From Mytilus californianus (lineage: Eukaryota), in contig NW_026262734.1 in assembly GCF_021869535.1 (NCBI RefSeq), forward strand, positions 100,626,001 to 100,690,000: a stretch of 64,000 nt of DNA. Direction: 5' to 3'. Both the position numbers and the translations under genes were made by a program. Shown one piece after another: positions 22,956-37,137 of this stretch (positions are counted from its first letter, which is position 1; each line of letters opens with the position of its first letter). The notes under the pieces were generated by a model that had not been told where the DNA came from, searched no databases, and was given only the letters and a program-made list of their open reading frames with translations.

Positions 22956-25900
22956 TTTCGTTCCAAAGCGCAATCGTACAAGAAAAAAAAGAAGTGGAAA
23001 GTATGAAAAAAAATGGACAATTCTGATGAAAGCGAAGCTTGAACTCCATATGGAATTTACTGACCCCATATAATTCGTATTAGGTCACTAGCACATTGTG
23101 TAATGAATTTATCTTACCGACTATCTTTACATGTGCTTTTTAGGCTAGTGGCCTATCAAAGTGATCAAGTCTTCAATATAAAGAACATATTTCCATTGGT
23201 CTATACAAAAACAAATGCCAACAATAACAACTTGTTAACTTTTAATGTGTTTTCTGCATTTATTTCAATCGTTCGTCATCAATTTCTCCGTTTGTTTAAA
23301 CGTTTCAGATTTTTCCTCAACGCCGTGTTGTTTTTATAAAGGGACGTAACACCCCTACTAACAGTGAATTAAAATAAGCCACGCCTACTAACCCCATATG
23401 AAATATACACGATCTCCATGCGATCGCTTTTAACCAATGATATTCCTAGAAATGTATAGGAGGTAAGATAAAATGATTTCATGCGATATGATATTCAAAG
23501 AGGCGAACGAACTTAATTTCTATATTTAATAACTGATTTTAATAAGGTGCGATGCACTGTGTGATATATATACGTCTGGACACCACACTTTTAATAATAT
23601 GCCAATTATCTATATTGGCACATTTGACATGAAAATTTCAATTTTAAATTAATATATTGATAATGTCGCATGCCGTACAATATAGTCCACGTAAGATATT
23701 CATAGAAAATACTAATTCAAATTGAAAAACAGATTTGCATAACATGTATATCGAAATGTTTTAATTTCATTTCATGTATAGAGAAATAGATTTTATTAAA
23801 AGCCTGTATGTAGATTTCCTATCGTACATTGAATCTTTCTTATTCAGTTCAATGGCAATATATATATATATATAGCACAGTGCATCGCAATGTATTGAAA
23901 TCAATTATTAACAATTGAAGTTGTACTTAGATTTTTGTATTTTCTATTCCTACAAATCGTTTCTGTACCTCATAATCATAAGGAATTATAAAACGAAAAA
24001 AAAAAAAACGATTTTGAATTGTACAATTTTTATTAAACAAACAGTGTCCTCCGAAAAAGTGGCTGCTGACATCGTTGGTATATAAAACGGATTGTCATCT
24101 TTTGAGAATCACGAAAAGACGTGAAAATGTCGAATTCCACTGTCAAAGGAGGTGCTATTATATTTAACTAAATAAAATATTTTGAGGTTTTTGGAACGTT
24201 TGAGTCTAATAATGATTTTTAGTTTTTAGACCTATCATTAACATTGGCTTCTGGAAAAAGTGGCTGCTGTCTCAATTGACTGCTAAAAGTGGCTGCCAGC
24301 TTGAGTCTGGTAACAGACGCTCCACATTTTCAACTTCGTACTTCATTGGACTTTTAACATTTTTTGATTCGATCGTCACTGATAAGTCTTTGGTAGACAG
24401 AACTTGCGTCTGGCGTGCAAAATTATAGACTGGTACCTTTGATTAGTTGTATAATACTCCAGTCAACCCTTGGGGTAGCATATGATTTGATGTCAGCATT
24501 ACAATATTGATTGGCCGATATTGCTAGTTGTGCGATAAAATCATACTTTTATTCTAGGTTCACTCTCCACTTACATTGATTAGTTGAAAAGAGTCGAAAT
24601 TGTTTATCATTCTTATGAACTATACTGCACAAAACGAGTTTCGACTAATGCACTACCTACGCATTTAAATGTAGTCAGACATCCTCTGAAACTGACCAAT
24701 GACTATTCCACAAAGAAAAGTATTGTTCTAAAATAAATTAACATGGATACGAGGAAGACAGACTTCGGAGTTTGGGGTTAAATTATCGTCATTTATCCGT
24801 CCCATGTCTAATAGGGTCAATGCTAGGCTATTCCACAGAAAACAGTTTATATATATGTTTCAACTTATTGAAAATATATTTGCTGATAAGTTACAGATCA
24901 AGTTCGAATTTTGTTCGGTTCGGATGATTTTTTTGCAGAATAATGGTCCTGTGATTTAGAAAATTCACGCAAACATTCAGTTTTTAGCATTTTTTTTCTT
25001 ATGCTAAAAGATATTTGTTATATAGTTTAACCATGACAAGTTACAGACCAAGTTCGAATTTTTGTTCGGTTCGGATGATTTTTTTGGAGAGTTATGGTCC
25101 TCGGATTTAGAAATTTCACATGAATAATCAGTTTTCCAGTTTTTTTCGTCATGCTTGAACTTATTGATTTGATATTTGTTATATAGTTTGTTGTAATGTT
25201 TGTATAATAACCCTTTTAAAACAATAGAAATCACACTGTCTGTCGATCTGTCTATAAATCTTTATGATACAACGTTAACTCCTTTAGTGAAACTTTAATC
25301 ACAAGAAAAACTTTTCAAATATTTAGTATATAGATATAGGAAGATTTGGTATGAGTGCCAATGAGACAACTCTCCATCCAAGTTACAATTTATAAAAGTA
25401 AAACATTATAGGTCAAGGTACGGCCTTCAACACGGAGCGTTGGCTCACACCGAACAGCAAGCTATAAACGGCCCCAAAAAATTACTAGACGTGTAAAACC
25501 ATTCAAACGGAAAAACCAACGGTATAATCTATATAAAAACGAGAAACGAGAAACACGTATGAACTACATAAATAGACGACAACTACTGTAATCAGATTCC
25601 TGACTTAGGACAGGTGCAAACATTTGAAGCGGGATTAAACGTTTTAATGGTTCCAAACCTTCTCCCTATTCTGAACCAACAGTATAACATCACAACATAG
25701 AAAAACACCCTATAAAATATCAATTGGAAGGCTTAACTCAATCAAAAAACGTAAATTAACACACAATGAACGAATAAATTTGACCTGTGACACCTGAATG
25801 CAAATACAAAGTTAATAAAAAATTACAAGGGATAAATAATTAAAGTCAAAAGTAAATAAACAGGTTTAAACAAAGTAAAAGTATGATATCACTGTGAAAT

Positions 25901-28565
25901 TTCAAACAATTTATAGAAAATCATCACTTTTGAAGAAACCTGCGTCATATTATACATAGGTAAATGAAAATAATTTTGTTGTTAAGTATACTTCTTCTTC
26001 TGTGTGTATAAAATCAGAAGATAACCAGATTTAGTGTTCAATATTTGCACCATATTTGAACTTTCCGAATTAAAGTTAGCATTTCGTCGTGTGAATCTTA
26101 TAGTGTTATATGTCCACTTTTAATAAAAAATTGAGATAGCTTTATATTTGATATCCAAGTGCAATGGTCTATTTTCCCTACACAACTTTAACACAATCTA
26201 CGAGTTTTTGTCAGAACTACACTGTTCTATCTTCACACTCCCATTGGATTATTATTGGTTATTCATCTCGATAGTTCAGAGTAAAATATTTTAAAGTGTC
26301 ATTTTTCTTTTTCTTTTCTTTTTTTTTTTTTTAAACATATTATACTTTATTTCATTATATAATTTCAGGTATTTTTGATGTAAAACAATTGTTATCAAAA
26401 TTATTTTATTGGTACTATGCTTAAATGTTTGCACGGTTTGAAATCAATCTATGGGCAATTCTTAGCAAATGGGAAATACATCATTTCAGGATTCACGCGA
26501 CGATTTTTTCCAGTACAATGAAATTTTAACTGGTAGTAGACTATGCATTGCCATGCAATACTCTCAGAATGTTTGTTGCTACCGGTACCAAAAGCCAGAT
26601 GCAGCCGTTGCAGCCTATGATAAGTTAAATTGATACTTATTATTTGAAATATAAAGAGATTAACCATATAGAGAAGGTAGGCCAAGTTTAGTATATGTAT
26701 TAGAGGAACTATTATGTTTGCATGATCTAGATATGGCTACTAGGGACAAATTTTCTATGTTCGTGATTACGCAAATACCAATGAATAAGCCAACTGTATT
26801 GATAATATTGATAATCATTCAAGTTTTTAACGATATGCTGACTACTTGATAACATAACTACGGAAGTACATATTTGACGTCACTGACACATACTTAATTT
26901 TTTATTTGTACGGCAACAGGGTATTAATTTTCGATGTGCGCAATGCAATATATAAAACACATAATTTTATTAGTATCAAAACAAATAGAAAAATGCATCA
27001 AATTGTTATTAATTATTGCAAATAGCACAAAAGTATAAAACGTTGTATAGAAATAAATATCACAGTATATAAATAGGGATTAATTGTTTCTGTCTGTCCT
27101 CTCAGTGAAAACGACGATTTCCGCTTTCGGTAAACATATGTCCACTGAATTGCCAATTTCAAATCCTTTCTAAGCTCATGCATAGTTTGTCACAATGATA
27201 ACATTATATTATGTAAGGTTTGTCCAAGTTTCTGTTTGGCAATTTACAATTGTGTAGGCGATGATCCTGAAAACAATAATAAGAATTGTAAGGAGTGATG
27301 TCATATATATTAGCCTGAATCAATACCCCCGTGTAGTAATCTGATAATAGTGATAGACCTAGGCATGTGACGTAACTCTTAAAAATCACTGGTACGTTTG
27401 TGTTTAGGTCTTCATACATATGTATTCTTGGCTTCTTAGTAACATAGATTATCTTTATTCTTTTTTCTCACAATTATGCTTTAAAACATTAACCAAACTG
27501 CTTATTTTCAATGCATTTCCTATTTGGATAGCTACCTCCCTTAATCTAGGTCCTCCTACATGAGCGTCAGCAGGTTAGTCTTACACATCAATTTTCCAGG
27601 TTTCATTTTTTAAATCATTTTGTAATAAATGTGTTTAATATACATCCAGATTTTTACTGTATTATTTATAGGACACAAAAGTATAAGAATTTTTCATCAA
27701 ATCTGTCATTTTGCAATTACAAGCTTCTTTTGATTGACAGCATTCTATTTGTGGTATTATTTTATCTTTAAATGTGGTAGAGGGTTTGGTTATCCTTCCG
27801 GAGCACCTCAGATTACCTCCAGTTTTTGGTGGGGCTCGTGTAGCTCAGTCTTTAGTTTTCAATGTTGTGTTTGTATCCCGTTGTTTGTCTTTTGGTCTTC
27901 TTCTTGTTTAGCCATGGCGTTCAGGGCTTATTTTCGACTTATGAGTTTGAATGTCCCTTTGGTATCTTTCGCCTCTCTTTTACTTGTTTTTATGTTGCTG
28001 TCATCTTCGTTTGGGAAAAAAGTATTATATTTGTCAATTTCTTCAGGAAAAGTTGACCTTAGATGACTTTGGATATTCTTTTCATGTCCCTTTTGGTAAT
28101 TTTTATAGCTTTTAATTTTTTGGGTTTGAGTAATCCTGATGAAGGTAAACATAAAACCACTTCGGTAAATTTAAAAATGTTATTTTCATTGATATGGTTT
28201 AAAACATGATAAGATTTACTCACATTTGGAAATGTCATGTAAGACTTTTAAATAGCTTCTTCAGAAAATCTGCAAGAAAGAAAAATGACAAACTAGTATT
28301 AAAACAACTTTACATACACATTCCATTTGTAAGATGGTGATAACACTGTATTTATCAGCTGGTATATAATCATAGGTATGATTGCAAATGAGACAACTAT
28401 CCAACAAAGTTTAAATGAAGTGGATTTAAGCAATTATAGGCAACCATACGGCCTTCAACAATGAGAAAAACCCATACCGTATAGTCGGCTATAAATGTGT
28501 GTCTAATGTTTGCATCAGGTCTTTTTGGTTTTACTATATTATGACTTTCGGATCCATTATATTTA

Positions 28566-28986
28566 GGGGCCTCGATGGCCGAGTGGTCTCATTTTACTAG
28601 TTGATATGTAATAGAATTGTCATATTTTAACTTTTCTTGAATTGCGTTTGATATTGTTTTTATTGACTACATGTAACTGTTTGTTTGTAACACCAGGTAT
28701 TGTCTGGTGAATTTTTATTGTACATATAATTTAAATAAAATTTTATCAAGAGAAAAAGTAGTGCAACTATTGTATCACTAGCCTGTCAACACTGAGATTG
28801 TGAGTTCGAATTACGCACGTGGTAGGTACGCTCGACTCCAATCTTAATAGACTAGGATTGTAAGTTTTCCTACCAAAGGTCGGTGGTTCTCACCAGGCAC
28901 TCCGGTTTTCTCCACCAACAAAAACTGACAGCCATGAAATAGCACAATAGTGCTGCAATTGGCGTTAAACACCAATCAATCAATCA
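28566..28986 (+). mobile_element. tRNA-derived SINE interrupted by a ~165-bp insertion (28590-28755)
   Basis: A box GGGGCCTCGATGGCCGAGTGGTCT, then foreign sequence ending AATAAA...AGAAAAA, then the SINE resumes at AAGTAGT...CACTAGCCTGTCAACACTGAG. Confidence 0.85.
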
Positions 28987-30808
28987 TTATATTTAAATGG
29001 AAAAAGATGATATTTTGACTTTAAGAGCGATTTACACGTGCTTGTTGGTCTAAAACATCTGATAAGCCAGTTTTTCAATCGTTATGAAATATCATCATTA
29101 TTTTCAACATATGCTTAAATCTGCAATAACATATCTATCTAGGAATTATTCCGTAAGCCAATTAAATCTGGTCGTCTTGATTTTGCTGCAAATTATACTT
29201 TTAATTGTTGAGTAACTTCTAGGGTATTTTTTTTCGAGAAAGCTGTTGCTTTAAAAAAAAAAAGTAGACAACGGAATCATCATTAAATGTGTGCATGTTT
29301 ATACCTCATATGAACTGCTATCAATTCCACACTTAGATACGGAAATACACAATATAAATAAAACCAGCAACTCAAATAAATGATAGTGCCATATTATAAT
29401 ATTACATATACTGTTACGATTATGTTGTAGTTAAGTCGTCTAACTAGTGATCATAGGGGAGAGGGGAACGGATATGGCTCGGTATATCGCCTTTAAATCA
29501 TACAAAAATCCCAATTTAGCTATGGAAAATCCACTAAAGTCAACGATATACATGTATTTTGTAAATGATTACGTTTGTTCCTGCTGTGTACTTTATGGGG
29601 ATATAATTGAGACAACGAGACCAAATACTAAAACGTGCACGACAGCTACCAATCAAGGCAATAATAGTAATCCGTATCGGTAGAGTGCTGCTCAGTCGTC
29701 ACAGGCATTCAATGATATTTATTTCTTACCTAATAAAGGCTTGAAAGGATTCTCGGATGCTGACAACTCATTTTGCCTCTGAAAAAAGTGAATAAATCAT
29801 GTTTACATTATGTCCCGTTCACAAATGTTATGTATTTGAATTCTTAGAAACCATTATTCAAGAACTAAAAAAAAGAAGTTAAAAATACTTGCAATTTGTT
29901 TGTTGTTTTATCGTTCGGTTACAAAAGTACAAGGATAGCTTACAGTATTATTGTACATTAAAAACCCCTTTTGGTGGTTTAAAAAAGAGCGGTTACAATG
30001 TGGTCCTACACAAGGCTTCATTCTTTAATCCTACTCCGTTCTATATTCTTTTCAGTGACAGTCAAGAGATAATGCGCAATTGTAACGCATTCTGACCACT
30101 TTATTCTTAGAAATAAACTACCACAAATTAAGCCGATACCATCTTATAATTTTATTAAGCCGACCATCGCTAACATCTGTCTTCATTATTTTTATTTCTA
30201 TGTGGTAATTTTCTTCCAATGTTGTCATTCTTAGTATGTACAAGTAAGTTAAAGTTGTACAAATTTTTGTTCATGTCTTCAATTTGCAGTTATGACGATT
30301 ATAGCTATTCTGGAACACTGATGTCGCCTAGGAGATTTAAAAAAAGTTTACACCCAGTAAATGTGCATTGCCTCTAATACAAGGAATAAACATGTCATTC
30401 AAAGAAATCAATAAGATGGCATGGTCAACCAAAGTTGCTCTAAAAAATTAAAAAAGCTTCAAATCAAACGGAAGGGGTGTTAGGACTTTTCTATTGCCCT
30501 GTTCTTTCAAAAAGGGATTGTTCGTGGATCCTCAAGTTTCTTCCGAAATGTTACAATGATAGAGAAAATCTCCCAATTCCTGTTTAAAATGGTTTTTTTT
30601 TACATTGGTTCATTTTAGGACAATCTTCCCGTTTGTACAAAGTAAAATAGTGAAAACACATTAACACATGCTTTGCAATCAGACTATCAATAAATAACAT
30701 TCAAAACCTAATAACGGAAAAAAATGACGTCAGACTAATATAAAAGAATGACTGATGGATAGGAAGTAGTTATAACCATATCCTCCCAAAAATTCATGAT
30801 CTACTTAC

Positions 30809-30904
30809 TCCTTCCTGTCCGAAATACATGTATGCCAGCCAGACAAACAATGTCAGGAACAGAAATGGCAATATCATCCAACGTCGGCTTATAATCTCAC
30901 TCAT
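30809..30904 (-). CDS. Candidate first coding exon of a type II (signal-anchor) membrane protein
   Basis: MSEIISRRWMILPFLFLTLFVWLAYMYFGQEG|gtaagt. Similar to the exon at 37138-37234. Downstream exons not identified. Confidence 0.55.
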
Positions 30905-31858
30905 GTACATAGAGGATCTTCGCCCAGTAAATAAAGTGAACATTTACTCGCACTGTCGTCATACATACAGGATCAATTCTTCTAAGAGTTCGACGTTTTT
31001 TCTCACATTACTATACGCATGCGAAAATTGTGGTAGAGTCTCGTGCAGCTGACATATGCAAACGCAAATCTTGTGTGTTGTTTTTCATGTATACAAATTA
31101 GTTAATCATGAAATCAATTAACAATGACAAGTTCTATATTTTGGCAAAAAAAAAATCACTTCATCCTCGGAAAGATCTCTTTATATGACTCTTTGCTTTT
31201 TTGGGGTATCCACAGCGAGAACTTAGTTGTTGTGTTCTGCGTTTATTCGATTTCCTGTTACCGTTTGCCTGAAATTATAATGGTAATTATGTACATATGT
31301 CTTTCATAGCAAAATATTGTATATGTATATTAACTAAAAAGGTTTTGAGAACAACCCTTAAACACAATAACCAGAACAGAAATCTAGAGCACACAATGTT
31401 GATAATTGTAAAGCAGACTTCCAAATCCACTCATCAGCACCAATTCTTAAAAAATTAACGTCTTTGATACTACAATCTTTAACCAGCTATGTGATTACTT
31501 CTTTAAAGGAATAAAACGGTGATTCTTTTGTAAATCTAGTGAGAGCGTACTAACAATCTAAATGACAAGACCAGTTCCTTTCTTTTTAGCAGAATCGTGG
31601 AAAAAATAAACATTCCCGTAATAGCAATTGCCATTTCAATATTAAAAACATCACAAAAACCCACATTGAAAGTTTTTAACAAATAGATTAGAATACATCA
31701 TTTTCCATATCGTCATTATTAGTAGCATTGTTCCACGCATATCAGACCTCAGGTAGAGCTCTCAGTACAATATTGGAACTTCAGATTAAAAAAAGGAAAG
31801 CAAATCCATAAATAGCTGATTAATTGACGTGGTCAGTTTCTAGAAAGTATACTCTTGT

Positions 31859-31893
<35 letters not shown>

Positions 31894-32399
31894 GTTCTCA
31901 GAATGTGTCATAATCGTGCATCTTATGCTCCTTGGACTCTTTTAGATTATACGAAGTCATTTTTAGGGGACAAAACGTACACATGAGCATATACATGTTG
32001 TATACAGAAAAAATGTGTACATTGTTTTAGTAACATAATCAGATCTTTTAAACTCATTCGTACACATCTCTGTAAATGATCATTCTACATTTTAACCAGG
32101 TCTAGACAAGTGGCGTCGTAAACAGAGTAGTTCCATTGTTTGAATATAGAAAAAAAACTAACTAAAAGGCATGCAAACAAGCTAATCCTTAAAAACAATA
32201 TCACCGCAAAAAACACTATGTGTTTAATGATGTAGACTATAGACTATTTAAACAGATTTATATAAATATTGAATGTTGAACATCGTTTTGTGAATATTTG
32301 AAATTCTGATCATAAAATAGGTTAGATCAGATTTAATTCGTCAGATGATGAAGTATCAGAAGAACATTAAATAAACTAAACGCACACGCTTAGCGTGCG

Positions 32400-32625
32400 G
32401 CTTTAAGGAGTAAGAGCAAAGACTGGGCGGCTCGGAGTCAGAAAAATGTGCCCGGGTATGGTGACATGTCTTCCTGCGGACTGTTACCTTGTAAACTAGC
32501 ACGTTAAAAATCCGGCTCAGCATGTCGGTGTAGTACAAATTAAGGTTTATATCTATATCGCACTAACCTGTTGTTCTCGTCCTGAATGTGCATTTATTTT
32601 GCCACTAGACGTTAAACAACCAGCC
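32400..32625 (+). mobile_element. Second SINE family fragment (Deu/Nin-domain-like)
   Basis: GGAGTAAGAGCAAAGACTGG...GACATGTCT...GCGGACTGTT...CTAGCAC...GACGTTAAAC. A tail-only relative lies at about 36290-36372. Family assignment is from memory. Confidence 0.6.
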
Positions 32626-33177
32626 ATTCGTATATTTCTTTCTGTTATTTTTGTCGTTTGACAGCTGGCGAATTGACGTATACTTTTACCTCTCTTTGCA
32701 TTATGTTCAGTAATATTGATTTGGTATGAATAGTATTATTAAACATAATGCATGTTTAAATAATTGAATATATTCTAGCATGACTGTGTTTGGTTTGGAT
32801 GTCATGCGCAGTAATCCGAATCGGGTATATGATATAAATAGATTAACCCACTTACATCTGAACTGTGTAAATACTGTGGATGATACCAAGGTGACATTCA
32901 AAACTCATAAGTCAAAGAGAAACTTAGAATATAAAAATAAGGAGATGTGGCATGATTGCTAATGAGACAACTATCCACCAAAGTTCAAATAAAGTGGATG
33001 TAAGCAATTTAATAGGCAACCGTACGGCCTTCAACAATGAGAAAAACCCATACCGTATGGTCGGCTATAAAAGGCCCCGACATGAAAAATATGAAACAAT
33101 TCAATTGAGAAAACTAGAAGGCCAGTTCACCCCCTCCCCAATAAACAACAAATTATATATAAAAGAAATAAACTGTT

Positions 33178-34007
33178 AACACAGAGATATGTCTCGCCTT
33201 TTTGTAATTTTCATAATGCAAATGTTGAAATTATTAAAAAGCAATACTTTAACATGTATGTTATGCAAATATTCAAAGTCAATGAACCATGACTGACGGT
33301 ACATGGCTAAACAATCTCCATGGAAATGAGATGTACCCAATTCTAATACAACTGCATACCAAATACCATTGACTTATCATAAGTCTTTCCTTTTAAACAA
33401 ACCTAAACACAAACATTAACTTGTAAACTATGTAAAAGTTTCAAAGTCAATGAACCATGATGAGGGGGTGGGACTATATAACCTCCATGGAAACGAGACT
33501 TGCAAATGCCAATAAATTTCCATGCCAAATACCATTGACTTAACATTAGCGGTTCATCTTTAACTGATCTAATCACAAACTAATACATGTAAACTAAGCA
33601 AAAGTTTCAGTCAATAGACCATGACTGAGGGGGGCGGAGCCAAATAATCTCCATGGAAATGAGATGTGCCAATGTTAATACAACTACATACCAAATAGCA
33701 TTGACCTACCACTAGTGGTTCCCCATAAACTAACCTAATAACAAACTAATACATGTAAACTAAGCAAAAGTTTCAAAGTCAATAGACCATGACTTAGGGG
33801 GAAGGGCCAAATAATCTCCATGGAAATAAGATGTACCAATGCTAATACAACTGCATACCAAATATCATTGACCTACCACAAGTGGTTCACCATAAACTAG
33901 ACCTAATCACAAACTAATACAATTGTTGACGCTGCCGACGCAGACGCCGACGCCGGAACCAGCATACCTATGTGTCGCTTTTTGACTCCATCAAGGCGAG
34001 ACAAAAA
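33178..34007 (+). mobile_element. Helentron-like HINE carrying ~4 internal ~167-bp tandem repeats
   Basis: 5' ATGTCTCGCCT and 3' hairpin TGTGTCGCTT...AAGGCGAGACA. Repeat anchors TTCAAAGTC at 33272, 33440, 33606 and 33772. GACGCC microsatellite before the 3' end. Confidence 0.8.
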
Positions 34008-34071
34008 CTATAAAGCAAAAAAGACGAAAAGAAAAATAAGTCTACGCGACACTAGCATGACTACGTATTAA

Positions 34072-34661
34072 GGTTCATCATAACAAATGGACAAATATGG
34101 CCGTATTTTCACCTCAAAAACTACTCTGTGTACAGACTTACCTGTGCAGTTTGGAAAGTTTTAAGGCCTGGCATCCACTAGATATATAAAAGTTAAATCT
34201 ATTTTGCATATCAGAAAGATAAAATCTTTTTTTGAATATGATGGGCATTTTTTTTCCTTCCTGCAGAAGGTGTAAAAATAAACAAACACCTGAATTGCAT
34301 TTGATACTGTCCACTCAGTTACTACCTTTAACTCACCTATAGATGTGTAGATATCTATTGTCCATGCCAATCAAGGACAATCAATACAATACAAATCAGT
34401 TGTTACCTGAGATGGAGCATCTCAAAGTTATATCCCAACTTAGTTTATTTTTACACCTTCAGCAGGAACGGAAAAGAATGCCCATCATAATCCAGAAAAA
34501 GATTTTATATTTCTGATTTGCAAAATAAATTTAACTTTTATACATGATCATCTAGTGGATGCCAGGCCTTAAAACTTTCCAAACTGCACAGGTAAGCCTG
34601 TACACAGAGTAGTTTTTGAGGTGAAAATACGGCCATATTTGTCCATTTGTTATGATGAACC
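34072..34661. mobile_element. TTAA-flanked MITE with ~220-bp TIRs (Kolobok-like termini)
   Basis: TTAA|GGTTCATCATAACAAATGG...CCATTTGTTATGATGAACC|TTAA. Confidence 0.9.
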
Positions 34662-36945
34662 TTAACCTAAAGACTGAGCCACACGAACTCTAGGGGATGA
34701 TCAGCTGATTTTGCTATCATATGATTCTATATAACTTTATAAATTGTTTTGCAATGGAACTTGTTTTACTACACCAAAATCTAACTTTTGTGGAATAGAG
34801 TGTATACTATATATATATTAATTGATTGCGTTACTTACCCTTTTCAATGGGGTCCTGTGTTATTTCCAGGTACACCGACATCCGAATCTAGAATGATAAA
34901 TTGGACGGCATTTAACAATCATACTTATTATTGTTTAGACTTGCAAACACATAAATATAAATGTATTTTTGTGTATATCCGGTCATTGACTAGGCTGTTA
35001 CGTAAATGTAAAATTTAAATGTCCTATTTAGTCATAAATTTAAGGTAGCGGGTGGATGTCAACGTACACAGCTTAATTATTAATAGAAAAAACTGTGTAT
35101 TTTGAATAAAATAAATGTATAGTACGAATGACTGATCAAGCTATTGCGAAAGAACAAAGACTAAAACTGTTTCGATGATACTAGAGACATAAAATACGTC
35201 CAGGACGATACACACGGCGATCTTAAGCCATGGCTAAATTTGATAAAGTGTCTGCAAACTAAGATCGGCCCATAAGATAACGAATTAACGAATTCTTTCT
35301 TCGGTTTTTTGCGTTTTTGCACGTTTTGCACGCTGATCATTGGTTCATTTTGCTACAGTCGAAACTATTGATTGCTCAACGCGCTTTAACTCGATGGAAA
35401 GTACAAAAAATGTATAAGGATCAGGATCAGGATCAGGCTAAAACTGTTTTTCTTTGTTTTGTTTCTGATTACAATTAGGTAGGTTTTTGATGGTCTGAAT
35501 ACAAAAACAAAAGCAAAAAATATATTTCAGAAATCTTAAGAGAATCAAGAAATTTGATTAAATACTAAATAAAGTTTTGTCAGACTTGAGTTTGTGTAAC
35601 TACAGTGTAAGAATATATATCGTGTAAAATTGTACGGAAACTGTTAATGCTTTTTCAGGGCTGTCAAATATTTGGTAAAACTTATAAAAGATAAAATAAA
35701 TTTATGAGAGAGAGAATTGTCGGTATTAACACCTCTTACGAGAGTCACTATAGTTAAGGAAAAACGATAGATTTTTAAATTGTCGGCAACATTTGAAAAA
35801 AATGAAGATCGATTCTGGTTTTATTTCATTGAATAAATACACTAGGATGGGTTTGTTTGTTCAAACCTAATATTTGATTAGAACATATCATTACACACAT
35901 TTATATATAACACAAATTCAACTTTGGATTTTAAATCTATAAATCTTTTGAGTTTTACTGCAACTTTTTTTAAAAATTGGACAGGATGGTTATATAATCA
36001 AGTGAGCCAGAATTTATTCTTCTTGTGTGGCCTTGAAATATTTAAAAATGTCAGAGAAGTACCAGTACATGAATTTATTAGTCATATACATTTTTGTCAC
36101 GTCCGATCGGAATGCCCCTTGCAGTCTGGGTGCAACGCTCTTTGCACGTTTAAGAACCATTTCAACAACTTTCTGAAGTTCATTTGGTGGCCTGTTGCAA
36201 GACAAAATGTCTGTCTTTGTCCAACATACCCTAATTTTCATGTGTCCTATCCGTCATCCTGGTCGACCTACCAGCTAGCAAATCCTACATATTGTATTGA
36301 TAGTAACTTTGTTCTTCTCTTGAATATGCATGAAATATTTGCCACTGGACGTTAAGCAAACAACAATCAATCAGTAATAATTTCTTGACACAAATCTAAA
36401 CCAAGTGTTAAATGGCAAAAACACATTGAATTGAACTGAATTTAATTATCTTTACAGTCACTTAAATGTATAAACATCATCAGAGTTTCAAAAGGAATAC
36501 TGTATATTTTTTAACACCAATATATCGAATGAAATAAAAGGCAGAACGGATTTATTATAATTTCGGATTTTTTTATTCATAAAATACTATTCTTTATTAA
36601 TTGTGATATATAAAGATAGTAAATATCTAAAGGGAACGTTGTTTGAATATATGAGAGTACGAAGATATCCCCCTCCCCCCCAAAAAAAATAATTACTTTT
36701 CAAAATAAATGTAAAAAAATATTTGGGTGAATGTGAAAAAGAAAGCTAACCAGCAAGACAATGAAAAAAAGAAAAAAAAACATTAAGAGGTATAAAACAT
36801 GCTGTCTTAATTGATAGGAAAGAATCGATATTGTATTATTATTATATTTCAAGCTTTAAAACGCTTCTATTCTGGACAGTTTGAGAACGAAATCATTATA
36901 GACTATCGATAAAATGTCTTTCATAAATACTGAATAATTCCTTAC

Positions 36946-37062
36946 ATGTAATGTCAATAACATCATTGTGAGTTACAGAATATACCGTTCCACCTAATGT
37001 ACCACTTTCCCTCTCCGGCATTTTATATCTAATACTTGTGCGTCTCTTGTTCCTGTGTGCTA
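36946..37062 (-). CDS. Candidate second exon (stem region) of the signal-anchor gene at 37.2 kb
   Basis: aattcag|TA GCA CAC...ATT ACA T|gtaagg. Phase 1-1, in frame with exon 37138-37234 across a 75-nt intron. Confidence 0.45.
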
Positions 37063-37137
37063 CTGAATTATTCATCAAAATGTATTACTCAGTGGCCTAT
37101 TGCATCCAATAATGTTAAAACAGTATTTTATACTCAC

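Noticed and set aside
27205-27300. Short Cys-rich + frame (CKVCPSFCLAIYNC...KNCKE*) resembling an antimicrobial peptide
   Set aside because: No start, signal peptide or convincing splice acceptor.
31330-31790. Possible decayed methyltransferase exon (FLRIGADEWIWKSAL) on the minus strand
   Set aside because: Needs several frameshifts and stops. The similarity is vague and equally compatible with a LINE remnant.
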